Below are positions 28,802 to 38,813 of a stretch of DNA of 64,000 bases, one piece after another. Numbering within the stretch: the first letter of the stretch is position 1; each line of letters opens with the position of its first letter. Made by a program: the position numbers and the translations under genes. The stretch is from IMG/VR virus record IMGVR_UViG_3300027987_000212, positions 121,328 through 185,327 of that record. One strand, written 5' to 3'. The notes beneath the pieces are model-generated. The model was given only the letters and a program-made list of their open reading frames with translations, had not been told where the DNA came from and made no database searches. The stretch comes from a virus.

Positions 28802-29506
28802 ATGCAAAACCCCAACGCAACACTCATCATCGGCGACGTCACCCTCGTACAAGTAGAGGTACCCGAACGCCCCAATACTCGTGAGTGGCACTCACTGTTC
28901 GACACAGGCCCCCAAGTGAAGCTGGTCGAGCATCTGTCTGCCGTGCAGGGTGGTTGGGAAGCCGTAGTCCACCGCCCGGAAGACCCCAACCGGACGGTAG
29001 CCATGTTCGCCGGCTTGTACGAAGACCTACACCCGCCATTACTAGCCGCACTCAACGTAGGGTCAAAGACAGAGGAAGACCTCTCGAAGCGTGTGAAGCA
29101 AGTAATCAAAGCAGCCACCATGAAATGGACAGACAGCCCCACAGACGACCCTGCTGGCGGGCAGATGGGCGGGGCTCGCTATCTCAAGTCCTTCGAGCTG
29201 CCCATCTCCGCACTACCCACCGTGGTAACCGTAGAGCTGGACGACCCCATCATTGGACTGCGCTGTCGAGCCTGTCTTGCTCCCTACTACCTGACGCTAG
29301 AGAAAAGAAGCTTGCGCAGCAAGGATGGTATCCGCCAACTGACTGTGGGCGGCTGCAGCTTGTGCACCACATGCAACAAGTCCAAAGAATCAGCTACAAC
29401 GCTGCGCGCTCATGGCGTTTACCGAATGCCCGCACGTGTACGGGAGCACCTCATCGAAACAGTCAACCCAGTAGACGGGCCAGGAGTACTAAAACTGCCC
29501 AAGTAG
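28802..29506 (+). CDS. hypothetical protein with C-terminal Cys cluster
   Basis: CRAC and CSLCTTC motifs; GAGG RBS. Confidence 0.7.
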   Translation: MQNPNATLIIGDVTLVQVEVPERPNTREWHSLFDTGPQVKLVEHLSAVQGGWEAVVHRPEDPNRTVAMFAGLYEDLHPPLLAALNVGSKTEEDLSKRVKQVIKAATMKWTDSPTDDPAGGQMGGARYLKSFELPISALPTVVTVELDDPIIGLRCRACLAPYYLTLEKRSLRSKDGIRQLTVGGCSLCTTCNKSKESATTLRAHGVYRMPARVREHLIETVNPVDGPGVLKLPK

Positions 29507-29514
29507 GAGTAACT

Positions 29515-30471
29515 ATGCACAACGAAGAAAACAAAACCCCTGAGCAGGAAACCACCGCAGAAGAAGTCAAAGAGGTCACTCCGGCGGAAGTGACGTTGAC
29601 TGACAACGACGTCCCTGAAGACGCCAGCAGCACCATACCTAGCGGACCGCCCACCGATGCCACCGAAGTACTTGAGGCACCGATGCCCGAAGTGCCCGTC
29701 GGTGAATACCCAGACATCGTCGGACAAGGCGAGGACATCACCGTCATCGCAGATAACCCGCAACAAATGGTGCAAGCCCAACTCGACCTCATTCAAGCTT
29801 GCGACAGAAAGATAGCAGCAGCCAGGCAAGCACTTCAGGAACGTCAAGAAAACCTGGACGCAGCACTTCGGGGAAAGCTTCGTACCACCGTATGGCGAAG
29901 ACTCGTCAAAGAGGCAGAAGCCGCAGTCGTGTACTACGAGAAGATGAAGACTGCCTTCAGCCTAGGCTACTTCATGGTCCCCGACTTCCCCATCACCCTC
30001 ATCGCCATTCGTACCGACAACAAACCTGCTGCAAAACAAACACGCCTCGCTCACCGAGGACTGCAGGCCGAAGATGCGCTCAACCTACCCCGCGGCGAAG
30101 GACGCTACGTGCACCCAATCCCATCCGGCACTACCTACCAAGAGCGAACGTCACCCTCCACTGAACCGGCAAGATACACCCAGTACGTTACGACAACGGG
30201 TGACTACAAACCAGTAGACTTCCCAATGCGCTTGGTCAAACCTCGTATCGTCAACAACCTGACAGAAGCACTAGCCCGCAAAGTCTTCGATGAGGTAGGC
30301 ATCCTGCCTTCTTCAGTTGCTCCGGCTAGGCGTAGCCGAACTGGGCTCACCGCTGGCGCCTCAGCCAATCCAGACCCAATGGTCATTGGCCGCATCTTCC
30401 GCCAAGACCGCGGGCACCGCATCAGTGCCAGCTTCCTCATCACATGGTGGATTGACGCCAACACCCTATGA
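29515..30471 (+). CDS. hypothetical protein with acidic N-terminus and coiled coil
   Basis: AGGAG RBS before ATG 29515. Confidence 0.7.
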   Translation: MHNEENKTPEQETTAEEVKEVTPAEVTLTDNDVPEDASSTIPSGPPTDATEVLEAPMPEVPVGEYPDIVGQGEDITVIADNPQQMVQAQLDLIQACDRKIAAARQALQERQENLDAALRGKLRTTVWRRLVKEAEAAVVYYEKMKTAFSLGYFMVPDFPITLIAIRTDNKPAAKQTRLAHRGLQAEDALNLPRGEGRYVHPIPSGTTYQERTSPSTEPARYTQYVTTTGDYKPVDFPMRLVKPRIVNNLTEALARKVFDEVGILPSSVAPARRSRTGLTAGASANPDPMVIGRIFRQDRGHRISASFLITWWIDANTL

Positions 30472-30872
30472 AGCTCACAGACATCACGTCGCGCCCAGCG
30501 CATACTCGAGGGTCTGTTCTGGTCCAATCCCCCCGTGGAATTGTTACTGCTAGTGCTTCGGTCGTCGATGCAGACCCTGATAGTGACATCCCCTTCCTGC
30601 ATTGGTACGTGAATCGCGTACTGGTACAGGAAGGGTACAGGGGGCAGGGGTATGGTAGCGCTGCCGTCCAGCAGCTCTTGAAGGCTATCGAAAAAAGTAA
30701 CCAAGCATTCGAGGACATTCCCGTCATCGTTACCCCTGGCGGCTACAACAGCTCCCCTCAACGCCTGCACACCTTTTACACACGCCTCGGGTTTACTCTG
30801 TGGAAACCCCGCTGCCCAATTCTCATCTGGAGAGCTCATGAACCCACACAACACCTCTCCTGCGGAACCTGA
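30468..30872 (+). CDS. GNAT family acetyltransferase
   Basis: VLVQEGYRGQGYG acetyl-CoA motif A and FYTRLGF. Confidence 0.8.
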   Translation: MKLTDITSRPAHTRGSVLVQSPRGIVTASASVVDADPDSDIPFLHWYVNRVLVQEGYRGQGYGSAAVQQLLKAIEKSNQAFEDIPVIVTPGGYNSSPQRLHTFYTRLGFTLWKPRCPILIWRAHEPTQHLSCGT

Positions 30873-31656
30873 GTGGTCTAACGAAGACTTCCTGGACTAC
30901 GTACAGGAACACAGTAAGACCGAACGAGCACTATTCTCCTACAACCATGTACGTCGCCTAATACTACTAGCGGGCCTACCAAACAACGCCTGGTTCAACT
31001 CCATTGCAGCAACACCTGACAAGTTCATTAGCATCGATGCCTCCTCCGCTGCCAGCCTAATTAGCCATGCGGTAAAGCGCATGGCTTGGGTTAATACGGA
31101 GGGACCCCTACGCTACGATGCTGTACCTCAATTCCCTCAAGCACACTGGGGCGTGGATATCTCCTGGAGCTACCTGGAGGAGTACATCCACATTCAGTCC
31201 AACGCACACACCACCCAAGCCAGTTTGGACCTAGAACCAGACTTCCAACGCGCGCATGTTTGGACGTACGAGCAGCAGGTTGCCTACGTTGAATACGTAC
31301 TAAAAGGCGGCGAAGTTTCACGCACACTCACTTTCAACTGCCCTGGCTGGAACTCAGACTGGCGAGGACCCTACGTCATCATCGACGGTAAGCAACGCCT
31401 CGAAGCTGTACGCCGCTTCCTGCGCGGAGAGCTGCTCGCGTTTGGGCGCTACTTCAGCGAATTTACGGGCAGCATGCGCTTAACCGGCCCCAGTTTCCGG
31501 TGGAACGTGTGTGCCCTCGAGTCACGGGCAGAAGTCTTGCGCATGTACTTGAACATCAACGCAGGAGGAACGCCCCACACCCCCGTAGAGCTTAGCCGTG
31601 TACGGCAGTTGTTGGTCGAAGCAGATGAACAGCTCAACGACGACAACGTGCCCTGA
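30838..31656 (+). CDS. DUF262 (ParB/GmrS-like) domain protein
   Basis: PDFQRAHVW, IIDGKQRL and YLNINAGG motifs. Confidence 0.8.
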   Translation: MNPHNTSPAEPEWSNEDFLDYVQEHSKTERALFSYNHVRRLILLAGLPNNAWFNSIAATPDKFISIDASSAASLISHAVKRMAWVNTEGPLRYDAVPQFPQAHWGVDISWSYLEEYIHIQSNAHTTQASLDLEPDFQRAHVWTYEQQVAYVEYVLKGGEVSRTLTFNCPGWNSDWRGPYVIIDGKQRLEAVRRFLRGELLAFGRYFSEFTGSMRLTGPSFRWNVCALESRAEVLRMYLNINAGGTPHTPVELSRVRQLLVEADEQLNDDNVP

Positions 31657-32206
31657 GTGTGGTGAAGAGGTAGACGAACTTGTCTACGTGGCGTACGAAG
31701 ACCTGCACATGTGTGAACAGTGCAGAGAGTATGGAGACCTCGACCAAGAATTCCGAAACGACCAGTTCGAAGAAGGCCTGCGAATAACCAGCGAGTACCA
31801 GGAGGTAGAAATGAGCGACTGCAAAATCACTAAGCAACTAGTATACACCGCTGAGCAGGGGGACGACACCCTACTGTTCATCACGCACAGCTATGGGGCC
31901 CTATCAGGTGCACCGCAGCACGTACAAGCCGTCGCAAAGACGGCTGGCGGAGACGTCATCATACTGAACCTGCACCCAAACACAAAGCCTAGTCCGACCG
32001 AAACAGTGTTGTACGAAGTCCACGTGCGCGTCTACACCGGCGAGTACGAAGAGTTCGCACACCGACACTATGCTAGCGATGAGTCAAGCAGCATCGAGAA
32101 AGCCCTGGAGTGGGCATTGACCGTTTACCAGCAGTGGCACACTGAGTACTACGAAGACGAGGTAGACGAAGAAGCTGAGGGCGAAGACGCCCCCTCATCC
32201 GTTTAG
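31625..32206 (+). CDS. zinc-ribbon hypothetical protein
   Basis: CPEC and CEQC motifs; acidic tail. Confidence 0.6.
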   Translation: MNSSTTTTCPECGEEVDELVYVAYEDLHMCEQCREYGDLDQEFRNDQFEEGLRITSEYQEVEMSDCKITKQLVYTAEQGDDTLLFITHSYGALSGAPQHVQAVAKTAGGDVIILNLHPNTKPSPTETVLYEVHVRVYTGEYEEFAHRHYASDESSSIEKALEWALTVYQQWHTEYYEDEVDEEAEGEDAPSSV

Positions 32207-32215
32207 GACATTGCG

Positions 32216-32240
32216 AAGGCCGCACATCGTGGCCTTTTTT
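32216..32240 (+). terminator. Rho-independent terminator
   Basis: AAGGCC/GGCCTT stem followed by a T-run. Confidence 0.6.
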
Positions 32241-32249
32241 AGGGATAAG
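32222..32249 (+). promoter_or_regulatory. phage promoter motif GCAC-N15-AGGGATAAG
   Basis: Recurrent motif overlapping the terminator. Confidence 0.7.
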
Positions 32250-32282
32250 ACTTACGAACCCCAAGACCATTAGGTAACCACT

Positions 32283-33194
32283 GTGAACAACCGCCCCGAC
32301 CAGCAAACGAGCATCAAGGCCCCCCTGCTCCTACTCGAGCTACGACCACGTTACGAAGGAAGACGGACGTTCGTCTTCCTTGGAGTCCCGTTCATACTTC
32401 GAATGGACGTGGGCCCAGGCCCCCACATGAGCCTCGTCTCGGGCTACGTAGAAGAGGTATCGAATACGCCCGGACGGCAGTACGCCCTAAGGAACAATGA
32501 CAGTCAGCCATTCCTGCTGCAAGCGGCTTTGGATGCAGTCAACAACCCCACCGAGTGCACCTTCATCCCCCTGCTGTCTGTACTACTGCCAACCGTACTT
32601 GCCGCACACTTCGTGGATATGGCACGCCATGTCCTACACGACTTACCGCCACAGGCGAACTTATCTCCGAGCGACTACCGCCAGTTCGCCTCCAGCACGC
32701 ACTACCAAACAGGTGAGCAAGACTTGGTAGGCCTAGCTACACGTCTACTCACTACGGTTGCTCTGGGCAATCTACCTACCCTCCTTCGTCGACCCGACTT
32801 CGCATCCTGCTACGGCACCGTTCAACAAACTGTCGAACAAGACGAAGAACTACTCCACTTTTACTGCGAGCGAGTGAACGCCGCCACAGTACTCATCACA
32901 AGCAGTAGTACCCGGCAGTCCATGGTACTACTGCTAAATGAGGACGGCACTTACGGCGCGGGTACCCTCGACCTGCACCATGTGTCCGTACAAATCGACC
33001 TTGTAGCGAACAAGGCTCACGTAGACGTGTTCGCTCCGAATGACGCCAAAGTCATATGCACCGATGTCGTAGCAAGCACCCCCAACAACCCGGTCAGCCC
33101 GCTGCTGAGCTACTACCTCAAAACAGCGGCCCTCATCATGTTTGCAACACGAGAGACTGCGGCAAGTCAGGCACCTGCCAGCCCCCTGAACTGA
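32283..33194 (+). CDS. hypothetical protein
   Basis: 303 aa ORF following the promoter motif. Confidence 0.65.
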   Translation: MNNRPDQQTSIKAPLLLLELRPRYEGRRTFVFLGVPFILRMDVGPGPHMSLVSGYVEEVSNTPGRQYALRNNDSQPFLLQAALDAVNNPTECTFIPLLSVLLPTVLAAHFVDMARHVLHDLPPQANLSPSDYRQFASSTHYQTGEQDLVGLATRLLTTVALGNLPTLLRRPDFASCYGTVQQTVEQDEELLHFYCERVNAATVLITSSSTRQSMVLLLNEDGTYGAGTLDLHHVSVQIDLVANKAHVDVFAPNDAKVICTDVVASTPNNPVSPLLSYYLKTAALIMFATRETAASQAPASPLN

Positions 33195-33200
33195 GGCAAC

Positions 33201-33725
33201 ATGCACCCACCAAAAATCACGTCTGACAAGTCTGGTCGCGTCGTATTCCATGTAGCAGGTGACCTAGTCATCGCCTATCCCAAAGAAGCCTGGGGAGCCA
33301 AGGGTGCCGCCTGGAACCACCTGGTAGAGCATCCGCCACCCATTCTCGCACGAACCCCCGGGGTCAGCAGCACCGATAACCCTTACCATGCCTGCCATGA
33401 TGACGAAGCCTACTGGGCATGGGCCGTACGCGACATCACTCGCGTACTCTACACGCGTTTCGGATGTGGGGGTCTCATCGACGGACTACGAAACTCCCTA
33501 CGCCTAGACGACCTACGCAAGGTAGCCGCTGCCATCGAGGCAGCAGTCAACAATGTCACACAGCAGCTAAAGGACCTGGAACTTGCACCACCTACGACCA
33601 ACGCGGCAACTCCGCAGACAACTGAGGCTGCTGCAGCATCGGCTACAAGCTCTGACGGGAATTCCAAAGAAGAAAATCCCAACGGTGACTCTGTCGATGC
33701 ACGAAACGCATCCGACGGTGGATAG
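33201..33725 (+). CDS. hypothetical protein
   Basis: GAGG RBS; 174 aa. Confidence 0.6.
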   Translation: MHPPKITSDKSGRVVFHVAGDLVIAYPKEAWGAKGAAWNHLVEHPPPILARTPGVSSTDNPYHACHDDEAYWAWAVRDITRVLYTRFGCGGLIDGLRNSLRLDDLRKVAAAIEAAVNNVTQQLKDLELAPPTTNAATPQTTEAAAASATSSDGNSKEENPNGDSVDARNASDGG

Positions 33726-34119
33726 GTGCGAAGTACTCCTCCACGAACTGGCGCACATGCGGCTACTAAATCTGCACCCAGACGAAGAGCTGTGGGGGGT
33801 AATCGACACCTGTTTGAAGCGGCGTCCTCCCCTGTTTCAGGCTCTGCATGAAGTGCGCGCCATAGCCATCGAACTAGAGGTGGCAAAAAGGCTGGGGCTG
33901 GGCTTGAACTACTTCGGCGTTCTGTGGACAGGCGCACGCAACACCCCGCTCATCTGGGACAAGTGCCTGCACTCCGAGGCGCGGTTCCGCAAGTTGTACC
34001 GGCGCGCCCGCCGCACGCAAAAGGTACAACGGCTAGCTACTCAGCTTGTACAAGAAATCACGTCCACAGGACGCATAAACCTACCACCCACAAGATGGTC
34101 CTCCGGTCATCAAGGTTAG
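33583..34119 (+). CDS. HExxH putative metallopeptidase
   Basis: LLHELAH plus downstream HEVRAIAIE; start uncertain (33583 or 33697). Confidence 0.6.
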   Translation: MHHLRPTRQLRRQLRLLQHRLQALTGIPKKKIPTVTLSMHETHPTVDRCEVLLHELAHMRLLNLHPDEELWGVIDTCLKRRPPLFQALHEVRAIAIELEVAKRLGLGLNYFGVLWTGARNTPLIWDKCLHSEARFRKLYRRARRTQKVQRLATQLVQEITSTGRINLPPTRWSSGHQG

Positions 34120-34127
34120 GGGCATGT

Positions 34128-34325
34128 ATGCAAAAACCTAGAAACCAAACGTACACCTTCGAGGTACGACCTGGCACACGCTACATCAAACTCGGACCAC
34201 GCTGCAGAGCAACGTGCCACACATGCCAAAAAGAGATGCCCATCGAACTGCGCAACATGGGTAATGGAGACGTACGGGAACAACCAAACTGCCAAGAATG
34301 TCGTAAACGCGAGCCCGAAGAATGA
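34128..34325 (+). CDS. small zinc-finger protein
   Basis: CHTC and CQEC motifs. Confidence 0.55.
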   Translation: MQKPRNQTYTFEVRPGTRYIKLGPRCRATCHTCQKEMPIELRNMGNGDVREQPNCQECRKREPEE

Positions 34326-35017
34326 CTAGCCAACTCAAGCAAGTAGTGTTCACCGGACTCGACGAGAAGACAGACTTCCAGCGGTTGCGTGAGATGTACC
34401 AGCTGGACCCGCGCATGCGCTTCTCCGTGATGGTCAACGGTAAGAAGGTCGCCCAAAACGCTGGGCGGGCCAAAATCAGCATGTTGTACCCACCAAACCC
34501 CTACGGACTGCTGGCCAATAGCGGCCTGCCTCCGAGGGCGCTAGTTGCGCATCTACAAGGGAACGACGCCATAGACTTCGTGCAGATGCCGACTGCGTTC
34601 AAAAACGTCGTAAGGTACCTGTCCCGTATTCACATACAGCAGGAGCCGACCGTCCTCTCGGCAGGCCTCGCCGCACGAGCAGCCCGCCAACTGGGCATAG
34701 AAGTCAGCCTCCACACCAAGTGCAACCCCGTCCCTTGGTATGCTGGAGTCACCCTACTCTCCCTAAGCCTAGTCCCTACCAAACCCAAAGGGTGGGGCAC
34801 GCCCGACAGTCTGTACCACTCAACAGACCTACTCGGATACAGCGGAGGCATCACCCCAGACAACCTACCAAGCGTGCTCCCCGCCATCCAAGAAGCTAGG
34901 GGAACGGGTGCATTCTGGATTGAACTAGGCGAAGGCATTCGTGTGGGAGACTGCTTCGACGCCGATGAAGTAGAAGCAGCCATGGTCGCCATCAGAAACT
35001 GGGAGCGTGGAATATGA
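34322..35017 (+). CDS. TrpF-like TIM-barrel protein
   Basis: VFTGLDE start, GYSGGITPDNL phosphate-binding loop, FWIEL..G.R..FD. Confidence 0.6.
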   Translation: MTSQLKQVVFTGLDEKTDFQRLREMYQLDPRMRFSVMVNGKKVAQNAGRAKISMLYPPNPYGLLANSGLPPRALVAHLQGNDAIDFVQMPTAFKNVVRYLSRIHIQQEPTVLSAGLAARAARQLGIEVSLHTKCNPVPWYAGVTLLSLSLVPTKPKGWGTPDSLYHSTDLLGYSGGITPDNLPSVLPAIQEARGTGAFWIELGEGIRVGDCFDADEVEAAMVAIRNWERGI

Positions 35018-35655
35018 ATGGCATAGCCAAGGCGCTGCAAGAGGGACGCTTGATTAGAGGTAGCTTCGTAAAGCGCCGTGGTGGGCAACTATACGTGTGC
35101 CCCCTAGCTGCCTTGATGGGCATCGAACCGGTACACGACAATGTACACCCACTCTTCGAGTACATCCCCCAATCAGTGGCCCCCCGTTGGATAGCCGAGC
35201 TCATCCCGGCTTGGGCTGACTGCGGCACTAAGCGTAACTGGCACGACCTGATGGTCAGACTAGCGGCACTTGCCTCCAAGTTCTCTAACCTGGAAGAGAC
35301 GTGCAGCAGAGTAGCTGAGGCGCACTGCCAACTCGTGTGTCTGCAGTTGCTGCTGGAGTACGGTAACCACGACTTCAGCCGCCTCGTACGATGTTGGCGG
35401 CAAGTGGCTAGAGGGCAGGAACCCGTCTCCGACAAATGGTCACAAGCCTACGACCAAGTGGGCGCGTTACTTGGCTCGCACCAAACGAAACAGCGTATCT
35501 TCAGTGTGACTAGCTGTATGCGCCTGGCGATTGACCTCAGTGTGTACAACCTCACTGGGGAGCAGCGTACGCGCGTTAAGCAAGTCACTGCCGACCGCAT
35601 CATCAAAGCGCACTTCGACGAACTCGAAGAAGTCTTCGCACGCTTCCAGGTCTAG
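35014..35655 (+). CDS. hypothetical protein
   Basis: ATGA-coupled 213 aa ORF. Confidence 0.65.
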   Translation: MNGIAKALQEGRLIRGSFVKRRGGQLYVCPLAALMGIEPVHDNVHPLFEYIPQSVAPRWIAELIPAWADCGTKRNWHDLMVRLAALASKFSNLEETCSRVAEAHCQLVCLQLLLEYGNHDFSRLVRCWRQVARGQEPVSDKWSQAYDQVGALLGSHQTKQRIFSVTSCMRLAIDLSVYNLTGEQRTRVKQVTADRIIKAHFDELEEVFARFQV

Positions 35656-35656
35656 C

Positions 35657-35684
35657 GCAAGGCAGCCCTCCTTTCGGGGATAAG
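35657..35684 (+). promoter_or_regulatory. phage promoter motif GCAA-N15-GGGGATAAG
   Basis: Recurrent intergenic motif. Confidence 0.75.
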
Positions 35685-35719
35685 ACTGATGGAGAGAACA
35701 CCACCATCGGAGGGATACC

Positions 35720-36100
35720 ATGCACAACACTGACATAGCACTCGTTTCGACTCGTCGCCTCGTACGAATGGACCTACAAGCACTGCAGGACTACGTCCAG
35801 CTCACCGTAGTCTTGGCTTACGAGGACAGGCGCGCCACCTTTAAACTTCGCGTCGGCAAACACGAGCTCTGCACGCTAGACTCCATCCTAGCGTCGCTGC
35901 TTCTAACCCAAGCCTTCGAGATGACACCGACCCAGTGGACTCAACGCACGGGGACGCGCAGCGCAGACGAATTCCAACGCTGCAAACGCATGAGTGTCAC
36001 TCTGGCGGCGCTACTCGGCAGAGACCGCTTCGTACAACTGGTGCGAAGGTTCGATTCGCTGCCCCTGGGTACCGCCAAGCCCACGCGCTTGTTGAACTAG
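35720..36100 (+). CDS. hypothetical protein
   Basis: GGAGG RBS; 126 aa. Confidence 0.6.
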   Translation: MHNTDIALVSTRRLVRMDLQALQDYVQLTVVLAYEDRRATFKLRVGKHELCTLDSILASLLLTQAFEMTPTQWTQRTGTRSADEFQRCKRMSVTLAALLGRDRFVQLVRRFDSLPLGTAKPTRLLN

Positions 36101-36110
36101 CTCTTGCCCT

Positions 36111-36137
36111 GCCCGCCACAGCATTGCTGTGGCGGGC
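36111..36137. other. perfect 12-bp hairpin without a U-tract
   Basis: GCCCGCCACAGC-ATT-GCTGTGGCGGGC, intergenic. Confidence 0.7.
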
Positions 36138-36193
36138 GTTGCGTAGCCCTACCTGTTAGCGAGGTAACCTAGACCAACTTAGTTGTACAAACT

Positions 36194-36511
36194 ATGCCAA
36201 AAACTTCAGACGACCCCATCACCAACTTTCTACGACCCTACACATTACCTCCGAACACATACGACCCAGAAGTCTGGCGGCGCATCAGCACGAAGTCCAG
36301 AATCATTGCTCGTTTGCCTGAGGGACTCACAGGCCTGCAGGCACTTCAGCGCGTAAGCCCGGAAACAGCCCAAGAGCTTCTAGCTCAACTCGAACAACGG
36401 GCAGCCAATACGTACCGACGCATATACGCCATGCGCGATGGGAACATACGATACTTGTCGCCAGACCAGTGGCTGGCCTTCAAAGCAGCTGGCGGGCAAG
36501 CCTCATGGTAG
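36194..36511 (+). CDS. hypothetical protein
   Basis: 105 aa ORF. Confidence 0.55.
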   Translation: MPKTSDDPITNFLRPYTLPPNTYDPEVWRRISTKSRIIARLPEGLTGLQALQRVSPETAQELLAQLEQRAANTYRRIYAMRDGNIRYLSPDQWLAFKAAGGQASW

Positions 36512-36705
36512 ACCAACTTCCCGAGTTGTACTGCACCACGTACTGCAACAAGCCGCACCGAGTCAGGGACGGTATGCCGGTCAACCACGAGTGCCGCGTA
36601 CTTCCGCACGAGGTACTCAAGGCAGAAATCGACGGCGACTACACACTAGCCCAACAGCTACTGGGCAAAGCCTCCACACGCATCAGTAAAGGAATCAAGC
36701 TGTGA
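36505..36705 (+). CDS. small Cys/His protein
   Basis: CTTYCNKPH..HEC motif. Confidence 0.5.
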   Translation: MVDQLPELYCTTYCNKPHRVRDGMPVNHECRVLPHEVLKAEIDGDYTLAQQLLGKASTRISKGIKL

Positions 36706-37607
36706 CTCTTGAAGACGACTTCTCCGACCCAACTAGTCTGCTGTACTGCCGCTACTGCGGCGATACCAACCTTCGTCTCGACTTCGTGCCCACTTGCGAT
36801 ACCGACGTCCTCGAATGTCCATGTGGAGCACCCTGCAACCTAAGCGACGTTCGCATCATGACCCCCATCACGCCTGATGGCGGGGTAGCGCTACTGACCT
36901 TAGAGGAGCTGGCTGTCTCTCACGGCGGGCACCTGAACACCAGGAAAGTCAGCCAGCAGGTACGCGACCAACTCGTGTACCTGACCACAGAGGCTTTCGT
37001 GAAACTAACTCCACCAGCGCACTGCCCAGAGGCCACGCATATCATCCGACTCACTACCAAGGGTCGCCGCGTGGCAGGCTTCCTGCGCGCCATACAGGCA
37101 GAGCACTCCCGAAAGGAAGACATCCACACCCAAGCAGCCTTCAAGCAGGAGCACCGCGGAAACCAACTCACAATTCACTCCTACCGCATGCCAGCCTACC
37201 CGTACACCCCAGCCAACCCTATACGGGACGTGCTGAGGCTACTCAGTAGGGGGAAGGAGCCACCCAAGTATGTCATCGGTTACTCGACCCACGTACCTGA
37301 CGGGTGCACGCTGCCGTTACAAGACTGGGCAGCCAGCAATGCTGGCGTGGGCTGGATGACCGGCATTGGCCTACTCGACGCTGCCGACCTACTAGTCGCG
37401 AGCGCCGTCGGGAATGCCAACATCCCTCCGGAGCCCCCGTCCAGCGACCCAGTACTGTTCATTCCTCCAGGATACCCTGCTGGAGATGGCACTGACCTCG
37501 AGTGTGGCTGGTACTTCTCTGACGAAACCTGGACCACCCTACTTGGGCCCCATCCCACCGAAGCAGCGGCACGCGTCGCACTCACCAAGTACGCCGAAAC
37601 TCTCTGA
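36702..37607 (+). CDS. mosaic hypothetical protein with N-terminal zinc ribbon
   Basis: CRYC and CPCGAPC motifs; C-terminal GWYFSDETW..GPHPT. Confidence 0.65.
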   Translation: MTLEDDFSDPTSLLYCRYCGDTNLRLDFVPTCDTDVLECPCGAPCNLSDVRIMTPITPDGGVALLTLEELAVSHGGHLNTRKVSQQVRDQLVYLTTEAFVKLTPPAHCPEATHIIRLTTKGRRVAGFLRAIQAEHSRKEDIHTQAAFKQEHRGNQLTIHSYRMPAYPYTPANPIRDVLRLLSRGKEPPKYVIGYSTHVPDGCTLPLQDWAASNAGVGWMTGIGLLDAADLLVASAVGNANIPPEPPSSDPVLFIPPGYPAGDGTDLECGWYFSDETWTTLLGPHPTEAAARVALTKYAETL

Positions 37608-37614
37608 GGACAGC

Positions 37615-38265
37615 ATGAAAAACCGAAGGTACGTAGAGCCCGCAGAAAAACCAGAACCCCTTCCCCTACCCAAAAAGCCGCTGACCAACGGTGGCGAATA
37701 CTGGGTTAGCATCCGTGGGGTACCTGTCAAAGGCACCATCCTTTGCAGCAAGAATGGTGAAGATGTAGTCTTCATCAACCGCCGCACACGCCGGGCTAAA
37801 CTGCTCAAGTCCGTCTCAGAAGTGTACGATTCTGAAAAAGCCGCTGCCGTGGGGCCACGCGCCGGCGTGAAGCTGTGGCACGTCGACCTCAACCCACATA
37901 CTGGGCCAGTTCTCGAGGAGGTCATCTACTACGCCCCCGAAGACAGTATGGACCGTGAGTCGCGGTACTACCACTACTGGTTGGACGCGGAAGGGCAAGA
38001 GCACCACGAAAGTGCGTGCTTTAACAACTACCTCCACTTCGTTCGAACGCGCCGCGAAGCACTCAAGCTACTCGCGCCACACATAGGACGCTGCGTAGCG
38101 CACCACACTCGCAGACGAGACGACGCGGTCAGCACTCAAGGCAAGTCCGGCGCCGCACTGAAGGCGTTGATGGAGCTCTACACAGAGTGCAGGGCGACCC
38201 ACATCAGAGTCAACCTCAAGCCCACACCCAACCGCAGCCAGCTACTACGAAGGAAGAAACGATGA
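37615..38265 (+). CDS. hypothetical protein
   Basis: GAGG RBS before ATG 37615. Confidence 0.6.
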   Translation: MKNRRYVEPAEKPEPLPLPKKPLTNGGEYWVSIRGVPVKGTILCSKNGEDVVFINRRTRRAKLLKSVSEVYDSEKAAAVGPRAGVKLWHVDLNPHTGPVLEEVIYYAPEDSMDRESRYYHYWLDAEGQEHHESACFNNYLHFVRTRREALKLLAPHIGRCVAHHTRRRDDAVSTQGKSGAALKALMELYTECRATHIRVNLKPTPNRSQLLRRKKR

Positions 38266-38813
38266 GCAACAACTTCACCATCACGTACCACGACCTCTAC
38301 GCGCTGAGCCTCAACCGGCTAGAGCACTACAAAGACCTCGAAGGCGAAGCTTGCGCAAACGAGACGCTCCGAAAGCACTTCGAGTGCTTTTGGTCAGACG
38401 TGCGAATCTGGGCGGCCAGCAATGTTGGGATGACCACTCTCGACGACATGCGCGAGGCCGGGTTAACGCAATCAGCTTCCGTACTCCTCGACCTCTACAG
38501 CACCAATGGCGCTCTACGCGCCAGGTACTTCGACCAGCCCATGCCCACTCTCGAGCAGGACCCAAGCAACCCGTACCTACGTGGCATCGATGACGCTCTC
38601 CGTAAAACGCGCTTCGACCTACGCCTACACGCCTTCAGCAATCTCATCCCCGGACTAACCCAAGACCAAAATGACCGCATCGCAGCTGCAGCCTACCGCA
38701 CAGCACTAGGGGTCATCACAGGAGTACAAAACAGCTATGCCGAACCACCCAAGCACCCTCAGAGCAGCGGCGACAATAGTAGTACACCTACTGGAGGACT
38801 TGCTGGAGGATAA
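38262..38813 (+). CDS. hypothetical protein
   Basis: ATGA-coupled; start 38262. Confidence 0.6.
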   Translation: MSNNFTITYHDLYALSLNRLEHYKDLEGEACANETLRKHFECFWSDVRIWAASNVGMTTLDDMREAGLTQSASVLLDLYSTNGALRARYFDQPMPTLEQDPSNPYLRGIDDALRKTRFDLRLHAFSNLIPGLTQDQNDRIAAAAYRTALGVITGVQNSYAEPPKHPQSSGDNSSTPTGGLAGG

